From Spirogloea muscicola (taxonomy: Eukaryota), in contig WELB01000005.1 in the NCBI GenBank assembly GCA_009602725.1, positions 705,109-769,108 of the forward strand: a DNA stretch of 64,000 nt, in the 5' to 3' direction. The notes below the pieces were generated by a model. The model saw only the letters and a list, made by a program, of their open reading frames with translations, ran no database searches and was not told where the DNA came from. Below are positions 49,308 to 61,089 of this stretch, piece by piece (within the stretch, counting starts at the first letter, position 1; each line of letters begins with the position of its first letter). The translations under genes and the position numbers were made by a program.

Positions 49308-52300
49308 AACCCCTAAGCGGACACTTAGGGGTCAAAATGTCCTTATTGCTTTCGGTCGCCGGGAGTTAGAGACAAACTCCCAGCACAGTGAAGCACCACG
49401 TGTACTACGCTGAATGTCTTGCCCTTAGACGCTGCCAACAGGCAGCGACTCACCTCTCAGGTTCGGGCCAGCGACTGTCTTCAAAGGAGCAGTCACAGTC
49501 TTACTCACAGGAGAGCCGGTGAAGTTCCGCAGCGACGGGATGCGGTGACGGGCTGCAGCAGCAGGCAGCAGCGGGGCTGCGTCGGCGGGCTGCTGCAGCA
49601 GGCGGCAGCAGGGCTGCGCCTTTCTCTCGCGGGCCTCACTGATCTTGACCGGGTGCCCCGAGTCTGGTCTCAGCCCTACTTATAGTGTGCTCCATGTGCC
49701 ACCATCCCCAGGGGTCTCCGAGAGGCTCGCCTCAAGGCCCACCTTCCAGAAGGCGGGCCCGACAAAGGGATATTAGTGCGAGCGCAGGCCACGTGGCTTC
49801 CTTCTGGAAGCGGCCGCCTTCTGCGGCGCGGCGCCACCCTGAGGCGCCACCCTGCAGCGCCGCTATGCGCGGCACAGGCGCTTCGCAGCGTCGTAGGCTC
49901 GCCACACGTTTCGATGGCCGGTTCGAGAACCCGCTGAGGAGCTCCTCTCTAGGAGCCCATAATACGCCGCCTCTTTTGGAGGCGGCGCGCCTGCACGCAC
50001 CTCGTCAGCAGGCGCGTCACACGGCGCGCGTTGCTCGCGCATCGCACGCGCGTCGCACACGTCAGTCGCGCGCGCGTCTGTGGTCACACGTCAGCGCTTA
50101 AGTCGAGGTTAGCGTCCCGAAACGGCGGGGAATTCACGTTATTCCCCACTCAAGTATTACGTCCTCGGGAACAAGGATATAAAAGCACGTACCCTAAGAG
50201 GTTGATTTCGACGGGACCGTGTTGTACTACGAGGCATAGGGGAGTGCCTCCGTGCAAGATATTTACGGAGAACGGCGCGATGATAGGCAAGTTTGGCCGT
50301 CGCTGCCAAGTATCGTGCTCAGGCCCATAGCCTAGTCACTTTAGCAGATACTCTCGCGACTTCCGTCGCCCGCGGAGTTTGTCGAGGTGAGACAAGATCT
50401 GCTTTACCTCATACTCCTTATCCGTAACAACAAGGGGAGGTGGGGGCAGTTGGATACGGCCATCCGAACAAACGGTTCGAGCTGGGACACATGGATACTT
50501 TGTGGACTTCCATTGAACCCGTTGTATCCAGCTCATATGCGACCTTACCGACCAGGCGCACTACACAAAAGGGTGCAACCCACTTTGGCAGCAACTTTGG
50601 CGTACCTACAGCCCGCAAGGAGAGGTGCTTTTGCTTACGAGCACTTGAGCACCCACGTCGAAGGACACATTCCGACGACGTCGATCAGCAGACTCCTTTT
50701 GCCGTTGCTGGGCAATCTCCAAGCATTACCGAGCCCTTGCTGAGCTTCCAGGAGGTGACCGATAGGCTTACTGCGGCCGATAAACATTCCCGCCTCCCCA
50801 CCTGTGGAGGTGCCAGGGGATGCTGACCGTAATTAAGGAAGAAAGGCGTGTGCTTGGTGGACTTATGCAGCCATTGTTCACAGCATATTCTGCTGGAGCA
50901 AGATACCCATCCCCGTCACTTTGGCTGGGGTTCACAAAATGCCGTAACATGTCCTCCAATACCTGATTCATCCTTTCTGTTTGACCATCTGTTTGGGGTG
51001 GAAAGCCGTGGATAAGGATTGCTTAGTGCACCACGACATGACTGCTCCGATCAGCGGAGACCTCAAGAAGCACCCTCCACTTAAGGCTAGAATTTGCACG
51101 GGCCTCTACCCTCGGCTTAAGCTTTATTCTTGTACAAGCTCTGTAGCGTCTGAGAGATTGTTGGGTTGGCTCACAATATCTGTGGCACTGAACAGCTCCC
51201 TTTATATTTCGCATACCCAAATGCCCACTACAGGGTGGCTCATGCATCTCTTGCATGCAAATACTTCGTAGGGCATTGCGGTCAGGAACTACAATGGCGT
51301 CCCCTTGCCACCAAAATTCTTGGTCAGACACAAGTAGGCGTGTATTGGTTGCGTCTGCAAACCACATGTCGGTGCCATACCCATCACGAATACGCACATA
51401 CAGCTCAGAGAGCTTGGGGGGGACTGCCGAGCAGTTCTACGAGTAGGCCGCACGTCCGCGGTCTGAACCCCTGAACCGTACAAGACAGCCGCCACTGCAG
51501 CCCCTGCAATGTTGCGGCTCACCGGGTCCGCAACAGTTATCCTTCCAGGGCGGTACAGCCACTGGAAATGGAATGCTGTCAAGCACTCAGCCGACCTTGC
51601 TTGACGCCTGCTCAGATGTTGTTGTGTGCGAAAGTAGGTCGACGGGCAAAGATCCATTACAATCGTAAATTCAACACCCTCGAGATAGCATCGCCACACA
51701 CGTAGGGCGTGCACAACAGCAAGGAGCTCTTGCTCCCTCGTAATACAGTTGCGCTCTGCCGGACGAAGCAGGCGACTTTCAATGTTACGGGGTGACCCTC
51801 CTGCAAGAGAACGGCACCAACACCGATCAATGAGGCGTCACTTATAACTTCCAAAGGCACGCCTTCTCGAGGCAAGCCAAAACGAGCGGGTTAACCAGGA
51901 CCCGTTTTATATCCTCGAATGCCTTTGGCACTCGAACGTCCACCCCAGGAGAAGTAACTACGACTGAGCTTTGTCAGAGGTGATTCCACACTTCCGTATA
52001 CTTGCAGGAACTTACGAGAGTAATTTGCGGAGCTCAAGGAATGCAATTGTGGCACATTCCGTGGCTCCGGCCAGTCCTGTATTACTGCGGTCTTTATAAG
52101 GTCGACGCAAACCCCGTCTTTGCCCACAACATGCCTTAAGTATGTCAGCTCGGGCTGGTGAAATACACACTTAAACCTCTTGGCATACAATTGGTTTTCA
52201 GGTAGCAATTGCAGCACTTGCCGCAAGTGCCGCACGTGAACTTCAGCGTTCTACTTAACACAAGTATGTAATCCAAGAAATTAGTACAGATTCATACAGG

Positions 52301-53960
52301 GGGCCAACGACCTTCGTCATTACAGCCTAAAATGTGGCAGGTGCATGGTCAAGCCAAGACTGAGCACCTTGAACTGGAAGTGACCGATTGGCGTACCAAA
52401 AGCCGATATCTGTACGTCCTCAGGTGTAATACGAATCTGGAGATATCCGCTTTGCAAATCGGGAGAGCTGAACACATTGGCTCCTGCGAGACGATCGAAT
52501 AAATAATCAGTTTGAGGCAAAATATAGCGGTTCTTGACAGGGAGCTTGTTCGGAGCTCGGTAGTCGATGCACATCCGAAGACTACCATCTTTCTTATTGA
52601 CAAAGAGGATTTTGGTGCACCGTACAGCGACTGGGTAGGCTCAATGTGCCCTTTCCTTAGCATATCCTCCACTTGGAATCGCATCTCGCGAGTTCGAGAG
52701 GACTCTTTCAATGCATGGGACGGTACGACGGCGCAGCGCCGGGCTCCAAAGGATTGTATGAGCCACGCCTCGCTAAGGAGGCAGACCGTCTGGGAGAACA
52801 TCGGCGAACACATCCGAGGATTATGCCAACAGCTTGTCAAGAGCCGCACCATGTGAGGCCACATCTGCACAAAAAGAGGATCGTCAAGTCCAAGGGCGAG
52901 GCGTTGGTGTCAGAAAGCAAAGGTCGGAGCCAAAGTATTCAATGGGTCAAAACGAAGCAACAAGCCAACGATTGAAGAACAAACAATGCAGAACACAAGC
53001 GTGGGTGGGAGGGCGGCGTGGGCTACTTCTCCCCCTTAAGTACCTATCCAGGTTTCGCAGAGCCCTGCATCCGGCCTCATGGGATTCTTAAGGGTCCGGC
53101 CACTTGCTACAATCCCTTACAGATTATCCACCTGTGGCCGCCGCCTCGGTCGTTGAAGTCGCCGCCGATTGCGGGGACCCGGGCCTAATACTGACACTAA
53201 CACTGATAGAAGTCTATACTCGATTTGTGGCTTTGCCGCCGTCGCGTGCTGGAATTCCAGATTGCTCTGTCATCAGCGTCGCGAGCCTTTTTCAGGTTTG
53301 AGCGATATCCAATGTCCCGCGTCGTCCTTCGCCCGACTGGTGAGGTAAGTAGCCTCCTCGGTACCCTCCAGCTATCATTCCCATGGTATTTGATGTTCCC
53401 ATCTGTGTAACTTTCTTACAAAATCACTCACTACTCTTAGTCAGGGGGAGACTCAGCACTCATTACCACCAAAGGTAGACGGCCGAAGCCGGTTCGGCGT
53501 GAAGGAGCTTCTTGAACTGCACAGCTGACAGCTGGATGGAGGTGCCATTCACGGGTGCTGCTGCGCGGGGAACGTCTTTGTGCTATACAAAAGGACGAAT
53601 ACCGCGTTGGTCAGAGCAAGTCCGCGCGTCAAAGTCAAGCAGGGCAGCAATGGTACACAGCCAATCATCGCCCGAATCACATCAAAGCCCGGTGCCAATG
53701 TAATATGGCAAGACACAACCGTCTAATAATGCTGAATGCGTACAGGATCCCGACAGGAGCCCATGACTTTGGCAATTTGTCCATTAGCCAATGTAGCTTG
53801 AGAGATAACAGTGGGCTTCACAACCAAACCTTTGTCACTCACAATATTATTACTGACATAGGAGACAGAAGCCTCCGTATCGATGAGGAATCTGAGACGG
53901 CTGACCGGCCACCAGTCCTGAGAACAACATTGTTGGCCCTACGGCAGCGAGTGCCAAGGC
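49308..53960 (-). mobile_element. Decayed chromovirus-type gypsy: 3' LTR about 49308-50138, PPT, and pol (protease-RT-RNase H-integrase-chromodomain) with stops and frameshifts
   Basis: FLIDTEAS (about 53880), MCIDYRA..DLQSGY..GHFQFKVL (52320-52574), SDASLIGVGAVLLQ, HALRVWRCYLEG, FHPQTDGQTERMN, EYEVKQILSH. Gypsy domain order. Confidence 0.9.
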
Positions 53961-53966
53961 ACCTAC

Positions 53967-55290
53967 TGTAACGTCCTGATGTAAATGCGCAGTGAGGGCT
54001 TAGTACATCCTGATTGGGTTTGGTCAATGGGGCTTGAGAAGCAAACTCCCTACAGTAAAGCACTATGACCACACACAGCGGATGTAACGTCCCTGTCCCA
54101 GCACACACAGGTAGGGTCAGAACGTCCTGGTTTGGGTTCGATAGGGTTTTTAGAAGCCAACCCTCACACAGGAGTACGCCAACGCACACAAGCGCACATG
54201 GCGCCGCGGAAGTCTTGACCTGAGCACCGCCCAGAGGGCGGCGACTCAACCGGGGGTCAGTAGCTGTCCCACATGGGGCGCCGTATACTCACAGAGAGCC
54301 ATATACACACAGAGAGCCATATAATCACAGAGAGCCGTATACTCACAGAGAGGCGGCGAGGCCTGCAGCAACGGAGTTGCGGCGACGGGCTGGGCAGCAG
54401 GCGGCAGCAGCAGAGCTGTGGCGGTGGCTGCGGTAGCAGGTAGCAGCGGGGCTGGCTAGGCAGCAGCAGGGCTGTGTCTCTCTCGGCGTTGATCGAAGTG
54501 AGGAGCCCGGCAAAGGCCCACTACTTGAAGTGTTCTACCTGCCACCCCTCCCCTGAGGGTGGGAAGAGGGTCGCCCTCAAGGCCCCTTCCCCGGAGGGGC
54601 GGGCCGGACGAAGGGGACACCAAGAGGGCGCCTTGGGCGGCACCAAGGAGGCGCGGAGCGGCGCCTTGGGTACCGCGACGCGGCAACTCGGGCAGCACCA
54701 AGGTGGCGCGACGCGGCGCCTTAGACGGCACCAATAAGAGGTGACTGGGCGCCTGAGGTCGCACCAATGAGAGGTGAAGGGGCCTTTACGGTGGCGCCAC
54801 TGAGGCGCGACGGGACGCCTTAGGTGGCACCAAGGAGGCGCAAAGCGGCGCCTTGGGCGGCGCGACACGGCGCCTCGGGCGGCTCCAAGGAGGCGCGAAG
54901 CGGCGCCTCCGGGGCGGAGCACGTACGGTGCGGAACCAGGGACTTCGGACCGTATTTTCTTACATACAGAGGAGCAAAGCTAACGGTACCGCTTGGGACT
55001 TCCAAACGGTAAATACGATGCGATCTTGTAAGTTACCGGCACCGTTTGCACTGCCAAACGAAGGAAACGTTACAGCGGAAGTCTTACCCTGAGGCACCGC
55101 CAAAAGGCGGTGATTCTACTGAGGGTCTGGCTTGATAGCTGTCCCCACATGGGGCGCAGCTATGGCACTTACGGAGAGCCGGCAATGTCCGCAGCGACGA
55201 GCTGCAGCGAAGGGCTGAGCAGCAAGACGGCGGCAGCAGAGCTGTGGCGACGGCTGTGGCAGCAGGCAAGCAGGGCTATGCTTTTCTCTC
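53967..55290 (-). mobile_element. Partial LTR (same family as the 38442 LTR) hosting a solo LTR
   Basis: Begins TGTAACGTCCTGAT and aligns by eye with 38442-38547 plus 39381-39450. Confidence 0.7.
54083..55074 (-). mobile_element. Solo LTR nested in an LTR
   Basis: TGTAACGT...ACGTTACA; perfect TSD GCGGA (54078-54082 and 55075-55079). Confidence 0.92.
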
Positions 55291-58200
55291 GCTTCACTCA
55301 TCGTACTCCCCAGTCCGCTCTCGGTTGACTACTTGTGATGCTACAATGCCACCCTCCACGTCATCAACTCTCGACGTCACTTGGGCGCAGGGGCGCTTCG
55401 CCATGTGGCGACACAACAACACCAGCCCCGACGGACGTTGAGGGATTACTCCTCGACTGCACGGCGCAACGAAGAACACCGGTCCTTTAGCACCATGGAA
55501 ACTGATCCAGCTCATGTACATGCTCGCAGCTTTCTGCAAATGATGGGGGGGGGGTTTCGTTTACCAGTGCTTGCTTAAGCACTTGCACAGAGCATACTAC
55601 TGGCACAACAGACAGCGGACACACTCTCGTCCTATGCGTTTCAGTAGCATTCCCACATCATGCCGATGGAACACCCACAAATGTGATAGGGAGGGCCACT
55701 CAATTTTTGCCTTTTCCTTTGTACGAGCCCTTTGGGCGCTTCGATGCAGGCTTGGTAAGTTGGGACGTTGACGGCTGCGGGCACTCCCGACTTCGGTGGC
55801 CCTTTTGGCCACACCGGTAGCAGACACTCTCCACTTCTGGCACGAAAGTCGCTGGCCTCTTGGCCTGCTGAACACCAGTATGTCGTCCAAGTCAACCAGC
55901 ACAAAATCAATAGCAGGGGGCCAAATACCCTCGTCAAAACAGCCTGGAATGTAGGCGGTGCATTGGTCAGACCAAAGCTCAGCACTTTGTACTGAGAGTG
56001 TCCAAGCGACGTACGGCACCCCGACTTCGGAACATCCGCAGGTGTGATATGAATCTGGTGATACCCACGTTGCAGGTCCAGGGAGCTAAGAACAGTTGCC
56101 CATGCGAGCCAATCGAACAGATCATCTATCGAAGGCAACGATATCGGTTCTTGGTAGTAAGCTTGTTCAAAGCCCGATAGTCAATGCACAGCCGAAGACT
56201 GCCATCCTTCTTCACGACAAAGGAGATAGGTGCACCGTACGGCGACTGAGGTGGCTCAATGTAGCCCTTTCCCAGCATATCCTCAATCTGGGATTGCATT
56301 TCTCGGAATTTGAGAGGGCTCAGCTGGTACATGAGACCGTACGGCGGTTTGCGCCTGGCTCCAATGGAACGGTATGAGCCACTCCTCGATGAGGAGGTAG
56401 ACCGTCCGGAAGAAAGTCGTGAAACACATCCGCAAACTCTTCCAGCAACTTATAAAGAACCCCGCCATGTGAGTCCGCAGCATTCACACACGAGTCGTCA
56501 GGCTCAGACTCGTCGTTCAACGCCACCATCACAAGATATGCCGTCCGCACGGTGTTCTTGTGAATAAATCGCTTCATCTGCATAACAGACAGCAGAATAG
56601 AAGCCCTGACGCCAGCGGCGGTGCACAAGAAAGCTTGTTGCAAAGGACAAGGCACCGTGCGCCACGTTGTACAGTGCAGATTTGGCGTTCGTAATCAAGG
56701 CATGCCGATGTGGCACAAAGCCAATCATCACCCAATATCTTATCAAGTGAAGAAGCCAACACTGGCGTAACAAGGCACCTCGACTTTGTATTGCTGTATG
56801 CGAGTGAGAACCTGCACAAACCCAGCACATCGGTTGGGTGGCCATCGGCCAATGTCACTCTAGGCAAACCATCTGCTTGCATATTCAAGCCAGTTGAACA
56901 CACTTCTTGTTCACAAAGGACACCGAGGCCTGTGAATCCATGAGGATCTTGGCCGGTGCATCAGGAACCAGCCCCTCAAATATATATATAGTGTGTACCT
57001 CACGTACACTGCTACCAAGAATTGGGGTGCGAGCAACATATACCGTGACGTTTGCCGGGTACGGCCTAAGCTGAGTGGCATCAACAACGCCTAAGGAGCC
57101 TGTGTCCCGCCTCGTGCGAGCACAACACCGACATCCCGAGCGGAGCTTGCTCGATCACACCGCGCTTCTGTGGCACAATGAAGAACACATTTATTTCTTC
57201 AGGCCGACGGCGCGCAGGCCAGCTCAGATAGCTGTCCGCAGCCATTTGCACCTCATTTTGGGCAACCCACACAAGTAGAGGCCCTCCGGCCTCCAGACCT
57301 TGCAACAAAGCAGAAATCGAGCGCACGGCCGGTATTCTGGATGGCGGCCAAGCTATGCCAGCAAGATCAAACAGCTCACACGCATCTGGCTGAATGAGAT
57401 TGCTCTTAGAGGCAAGGGTAAGGCACTCACGCTTGCCCTTGGAGTTGCTCTTGTCCCGGCCTATAGGGCGCTGTGGACGTGGCTTCGAAATAGAGGGACC
57501 TGCCGCAGGCCAGTCCCTGATCTGATGACGCTTGTCGCCGCAGCAAAAGCAGCCACCACCTTCCACTTGCGGCCTCCTTGGGGACGTGCGTTCGACCCCT
57601 CCTTAGGGTTGGACCTCTTCTCGCCCTGCCTCTGCAGATCCACCTGCCTCAAGCAGGGGACGCTAGCCACGCCCAGGGTCCGGCGTGCTGAGCACCTTCC
57701 TGGCGTGCTCCAACATCTTGGATAAACCCGTAAATGCCATTGAAGTAGCAGAACCCACAGCGACCCACGTGCGCATATTGAGAGGCAGCCCAGCCTTGAA
57801 TCGCTGGCACTGGTACACCGCTTTCATTGGCTCATTGCACAGCTTCGAAAGCAGCAGGCCGAAGCGCCGCACACATGTGGTGCGAAGTCTGTGCCGCTCA
57901 TGCGGATGGCAGCCAACTCTTCGCGAGCTCGAAGCTCAGCATGGATATCGCCGTAGGCCGCCATGAGTGAGCTGGAGAAGAATTCCCAGATGTTGCACAC
58001 ATCGGGCGTTATGGACTGCTTGAGGGCGTCCTACCACTCCCGTGGCTCCCCCGCGAGATAGGTCGCAGCGAACGGCACTCTTGCCGTCATGTCCGTTTCC
58101 ATCAATCCGTTTCCAACCTTTTGCTGATTGCAGCCCTCCCCGATCATTTTGACCCGATCCTGACCGAATGATTGCCGTGGTGCGTGGGCCCTGGAAAGCC

Positions 58201-58898
58201 ATGCGCAGGGTTGCCACTGCTCTTGCGCATCAAGTGCATCACGGCAGCGACCTCTTGCACATGCCACTCTCCAGCACGGATCTGGGCGAGGTGGGCGTGG
58301 TGCTCCCCGCACATCCTCGCAAGGAGACAGTATTGAGCTGGGTCCATTGTGGACTGGACTGCCTCCACTTCCTGCGTGAGGAGTGCCATCGTTGCACCTC
58401 CCCAGCCAACAGGCCCTTTTGGCCTGCGGCTCCCAGCTCGGCGTGCCCCTCATGGGCTTGCCCCGCAGCAGCCACTGCCTCAGCAGCTGGCTTTGAAGCA
58501 GCCGCTGCCTTAGCAGTCGACCGCTCTACCACCCGAGGAGGGCTACGAGGCACACTAGATGTGTGCGACTCCAGGAACACTGAGTGATCAAGTCAGGCTC
58601 CAACAAGTTAGCATATCGCACAAATCATACTGCGATATAGGACATCGCAAGACTGGTGCACAAGCGAGCGAGCAAGCAAGGCAGCGCGCAACTCTATACA
58701 TCCAAACAGCAGGCAGGCAGACAGCCGCAGGTGTGACCAAGACCGATGCACACGAGTGATGCTGGCCACAAGACTAACCTTCACCACACAAAGGCTGCAG
58801 GCGTGAATCCCCACCTCAAAGTAGGTGATTTAGCAGCATGTGGTCCCCCTCAAGGATCAGGCAGTCGATCATTGGCGTTGGTCGGTGCTGGCTCAGTG

Positions 58899-59444
58899 TG
58901 TAAGGAATTTCGCCCTACACACGCAGTTAGGGTGAGCAGTCCTTCTTGAGTTCGGCTGTAGGGGGTTTAGGGACTAACCCACTACACAGGCAAAGCACTA
59001 GCGCATAGGCGCAGCGGAAGACAGGCCCCGTGGCGCCGCCGTCCGGCAGCGACTCCACCTCCTGGGCGCAGGCCGGCGCAGCAGGCCCCGCAGCAAGGTG
59101 CGGCGGCGGCTGCGGCGGCGAGCAGCGTCAAGGCTGCTCCTGGGCTTCACCGGTTCGAACTCCCCTCGAGCCTAAGCCCCATAGCTCTTCGTGCTTCCCC
59201 GTGCCAACCCCCCTCCAAGGGGGTGAACGGGTCGGCCCATGGCCTGCCTTGCGTCGGGCCAAAGATCCTCCCTTGAACGGGCGGATCCTAGCAAGGGGTA
59301 TTTGTGGACGGGCGGGGCCCGCCTCTGGGCGGGCCACTTGCCCGGCAAGCCAGCCCGCCACCTGGCGGGCCCACTTGTCCCAAATAGCCGGTCATGTAAT
59401 GCCAACAGAGCCATGTGGCTTAATCAAACGGCTGATTCATTACA
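58899..59444 (-). mobile_element. Solo LTR in a gypsy leader, without a matching TSD
   Basis: Highly similar to 47001-47548; flanks CAGTG/CATAC do not match. Confidence 0.8.
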
Positions 59445-59966
59445 CATACGCAAAGACGACGCAGCACCTGTCGCTTCCGCTGCGCAGCAGCGCGGACCAA
59501 CGTATGGCAAGACACACTCTCAACAAAAAAGGTCAAGCCAGCATATCAGGGAGATCCTTGCGACATCAGCGGCTAGTAACAAAACTCACAAGCCTGATAG
59601 ATGCAAGACGGCCTCTGATACCAAATGTAAAGAACCTCGCCCCTACACAAGCACTTAGGGGTCAGTCGTCCTTGTCATGTCGGGCTGTAGGGGTTTAGGA
59701 GCGAACCCACTACACGGTGAGGCACTAGCGCATAGGCGTAGCGAAAGACAGGTCCTTTACGCCGCCGTCCGGCGGAGACTCCACCTCCTGCGCGCAAGCC
59801 GGCGGCTGTCCCCCAAGGGACGAGCCACGGACTCCCCACAGCAAGCCCCGCAGCAGGCTGCGGCGGCGGCTGCGGCGGCAGCAGCAGCAAGGCTGCTCTT
59901 GGGCTTCACCAATGCGAACTGCTGTCGGGTCTCAGCCCAAGGCTCGTAGTGCTTCCTCCGTGCCAC

Positions 59967-60824
59967 TATGACGTTCTGATCCCTGTACAGACAGTCAGGG
60001 GTTAGAACGTCCTTATTGGTTTCGGTCGCTGGGGTTAGAGACAAACCCCCAGCACAGCGAAGCACCACGTGGACACGCAGCGGAATACCTTGCCTCGAGG
60101 CGCCGCCGACGACCGGCGACTCACCTCTCGGTACGGGCCAGCAACTGTCCCCCAAGGGAGCAGCCACAGTCTACCTTCAGGAGAGCCGATGAAGATCCGC
60201 AGGGACGGGTTGCGGCATCGGGCTGCAGCAGTAGGCAGCAGCAGGCCTGCGTGGACGAGCTGCGACAGCAGGCAGCAGCAGGGCTGCGCGCCTCTCTCTC
60301 GCGTGGGCTACGCTGACTTGGACCGGGTGCCCTCAGGCTGGTCTCAGCCCTACTTATAGTGCTTCATGTGCCACCCTCTCCCAGGGGTCTCTGGGAGGCT
60401 CGCCTCAACGCCCATCTTCGAGAAGGCGGGCCCGACAAGGGGGATACGATTGTTAGGGCGGCGGCGCCGCCATGCGCGGCGTGGTGCCGCCCTGCGCGAC
60501 GCTGCGCCGCCAGGCTCGTCACAGCGCCACACGCGTCACAAGCATGTCCTCAGTACGAGTCCGGCGGCACCGCACCGCCGGGTAGCCGGCGGTGCGGCGG
60601 CCATGCGCAGGCCGCACCGGCGGTGCGGCGGCAATACGGCTCTGGCGGCGCGGCGACCATGCGNGTGGCCATGCGGCGGCAGCTCCGGCGACCCGCGGCG
60701 CGCCGCGCATCACTGTCGCGCGTCGCCCACGTGTCGCACGCCAAGGATACTGGGCCGCTCGCCATAACTAGGCGTTAGCGTCTAATACAAGCTTAAATGG
60801 CACGTAACGGGTGGGGACATTACA
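59967..60824 (-). mobile_element. Solo LTR nested in an LTR
   Basis: Perfect TSD GCCAC (59962-59966 and 60825-60829); related to 49308-50138 and 61193-62175. Confidence 0.88.
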
Positions 60825-61089
60825 GCCACCCCCCTCCAGGGGTGTGAGCGGGTCGCTCCATGGCCTGCCTTGCGGCGGGCCAACGATCCTCCCTTGAACG
60901 GGTGGATCCTGGCGAGGAGTGATTTTAGGACGGGCGGGGCATGCACCTGGGCGAACCACTTGCCCGGCCAGCCAGCCCGCCACCTGGCGGGCCACTTGCC
61001 GTCAAATGGCAACAGGTCAGCACCGTGTGACCTAATCAAACGGCTGGATCGTCACCGTTCAGCTCCCATGCCTTGCAAATAAATTATCA

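Larger units (their letters stand above)
55600..61054 (-). mobile_element. Decayed gypsy element: 5' LTR 59626 to about 61054, PBS 59613-59623, leader, gag, protease, RT (3' truncated)
   Basis: AATYLAGEPREW, QRFKAGLP, CFCCGDKRHQIRD knuckle, [53 protein letters not shown]. Confidence 0.9.

Noticed and set aside
53245..53320. Hammerhead-like core on minus (CTGATGA-CAGA-GCAA-TCTG-GAAT)
   Set aside because: GAAT instead of GAAA, atypical stem II closing pair, and stem I does not abut the core.
38460..59700. Scattered TTAGGG/TTTAGGG motifs as interstitial telomere
   Set aside because: Single occurrences within LTR ends, not tandem arrays.
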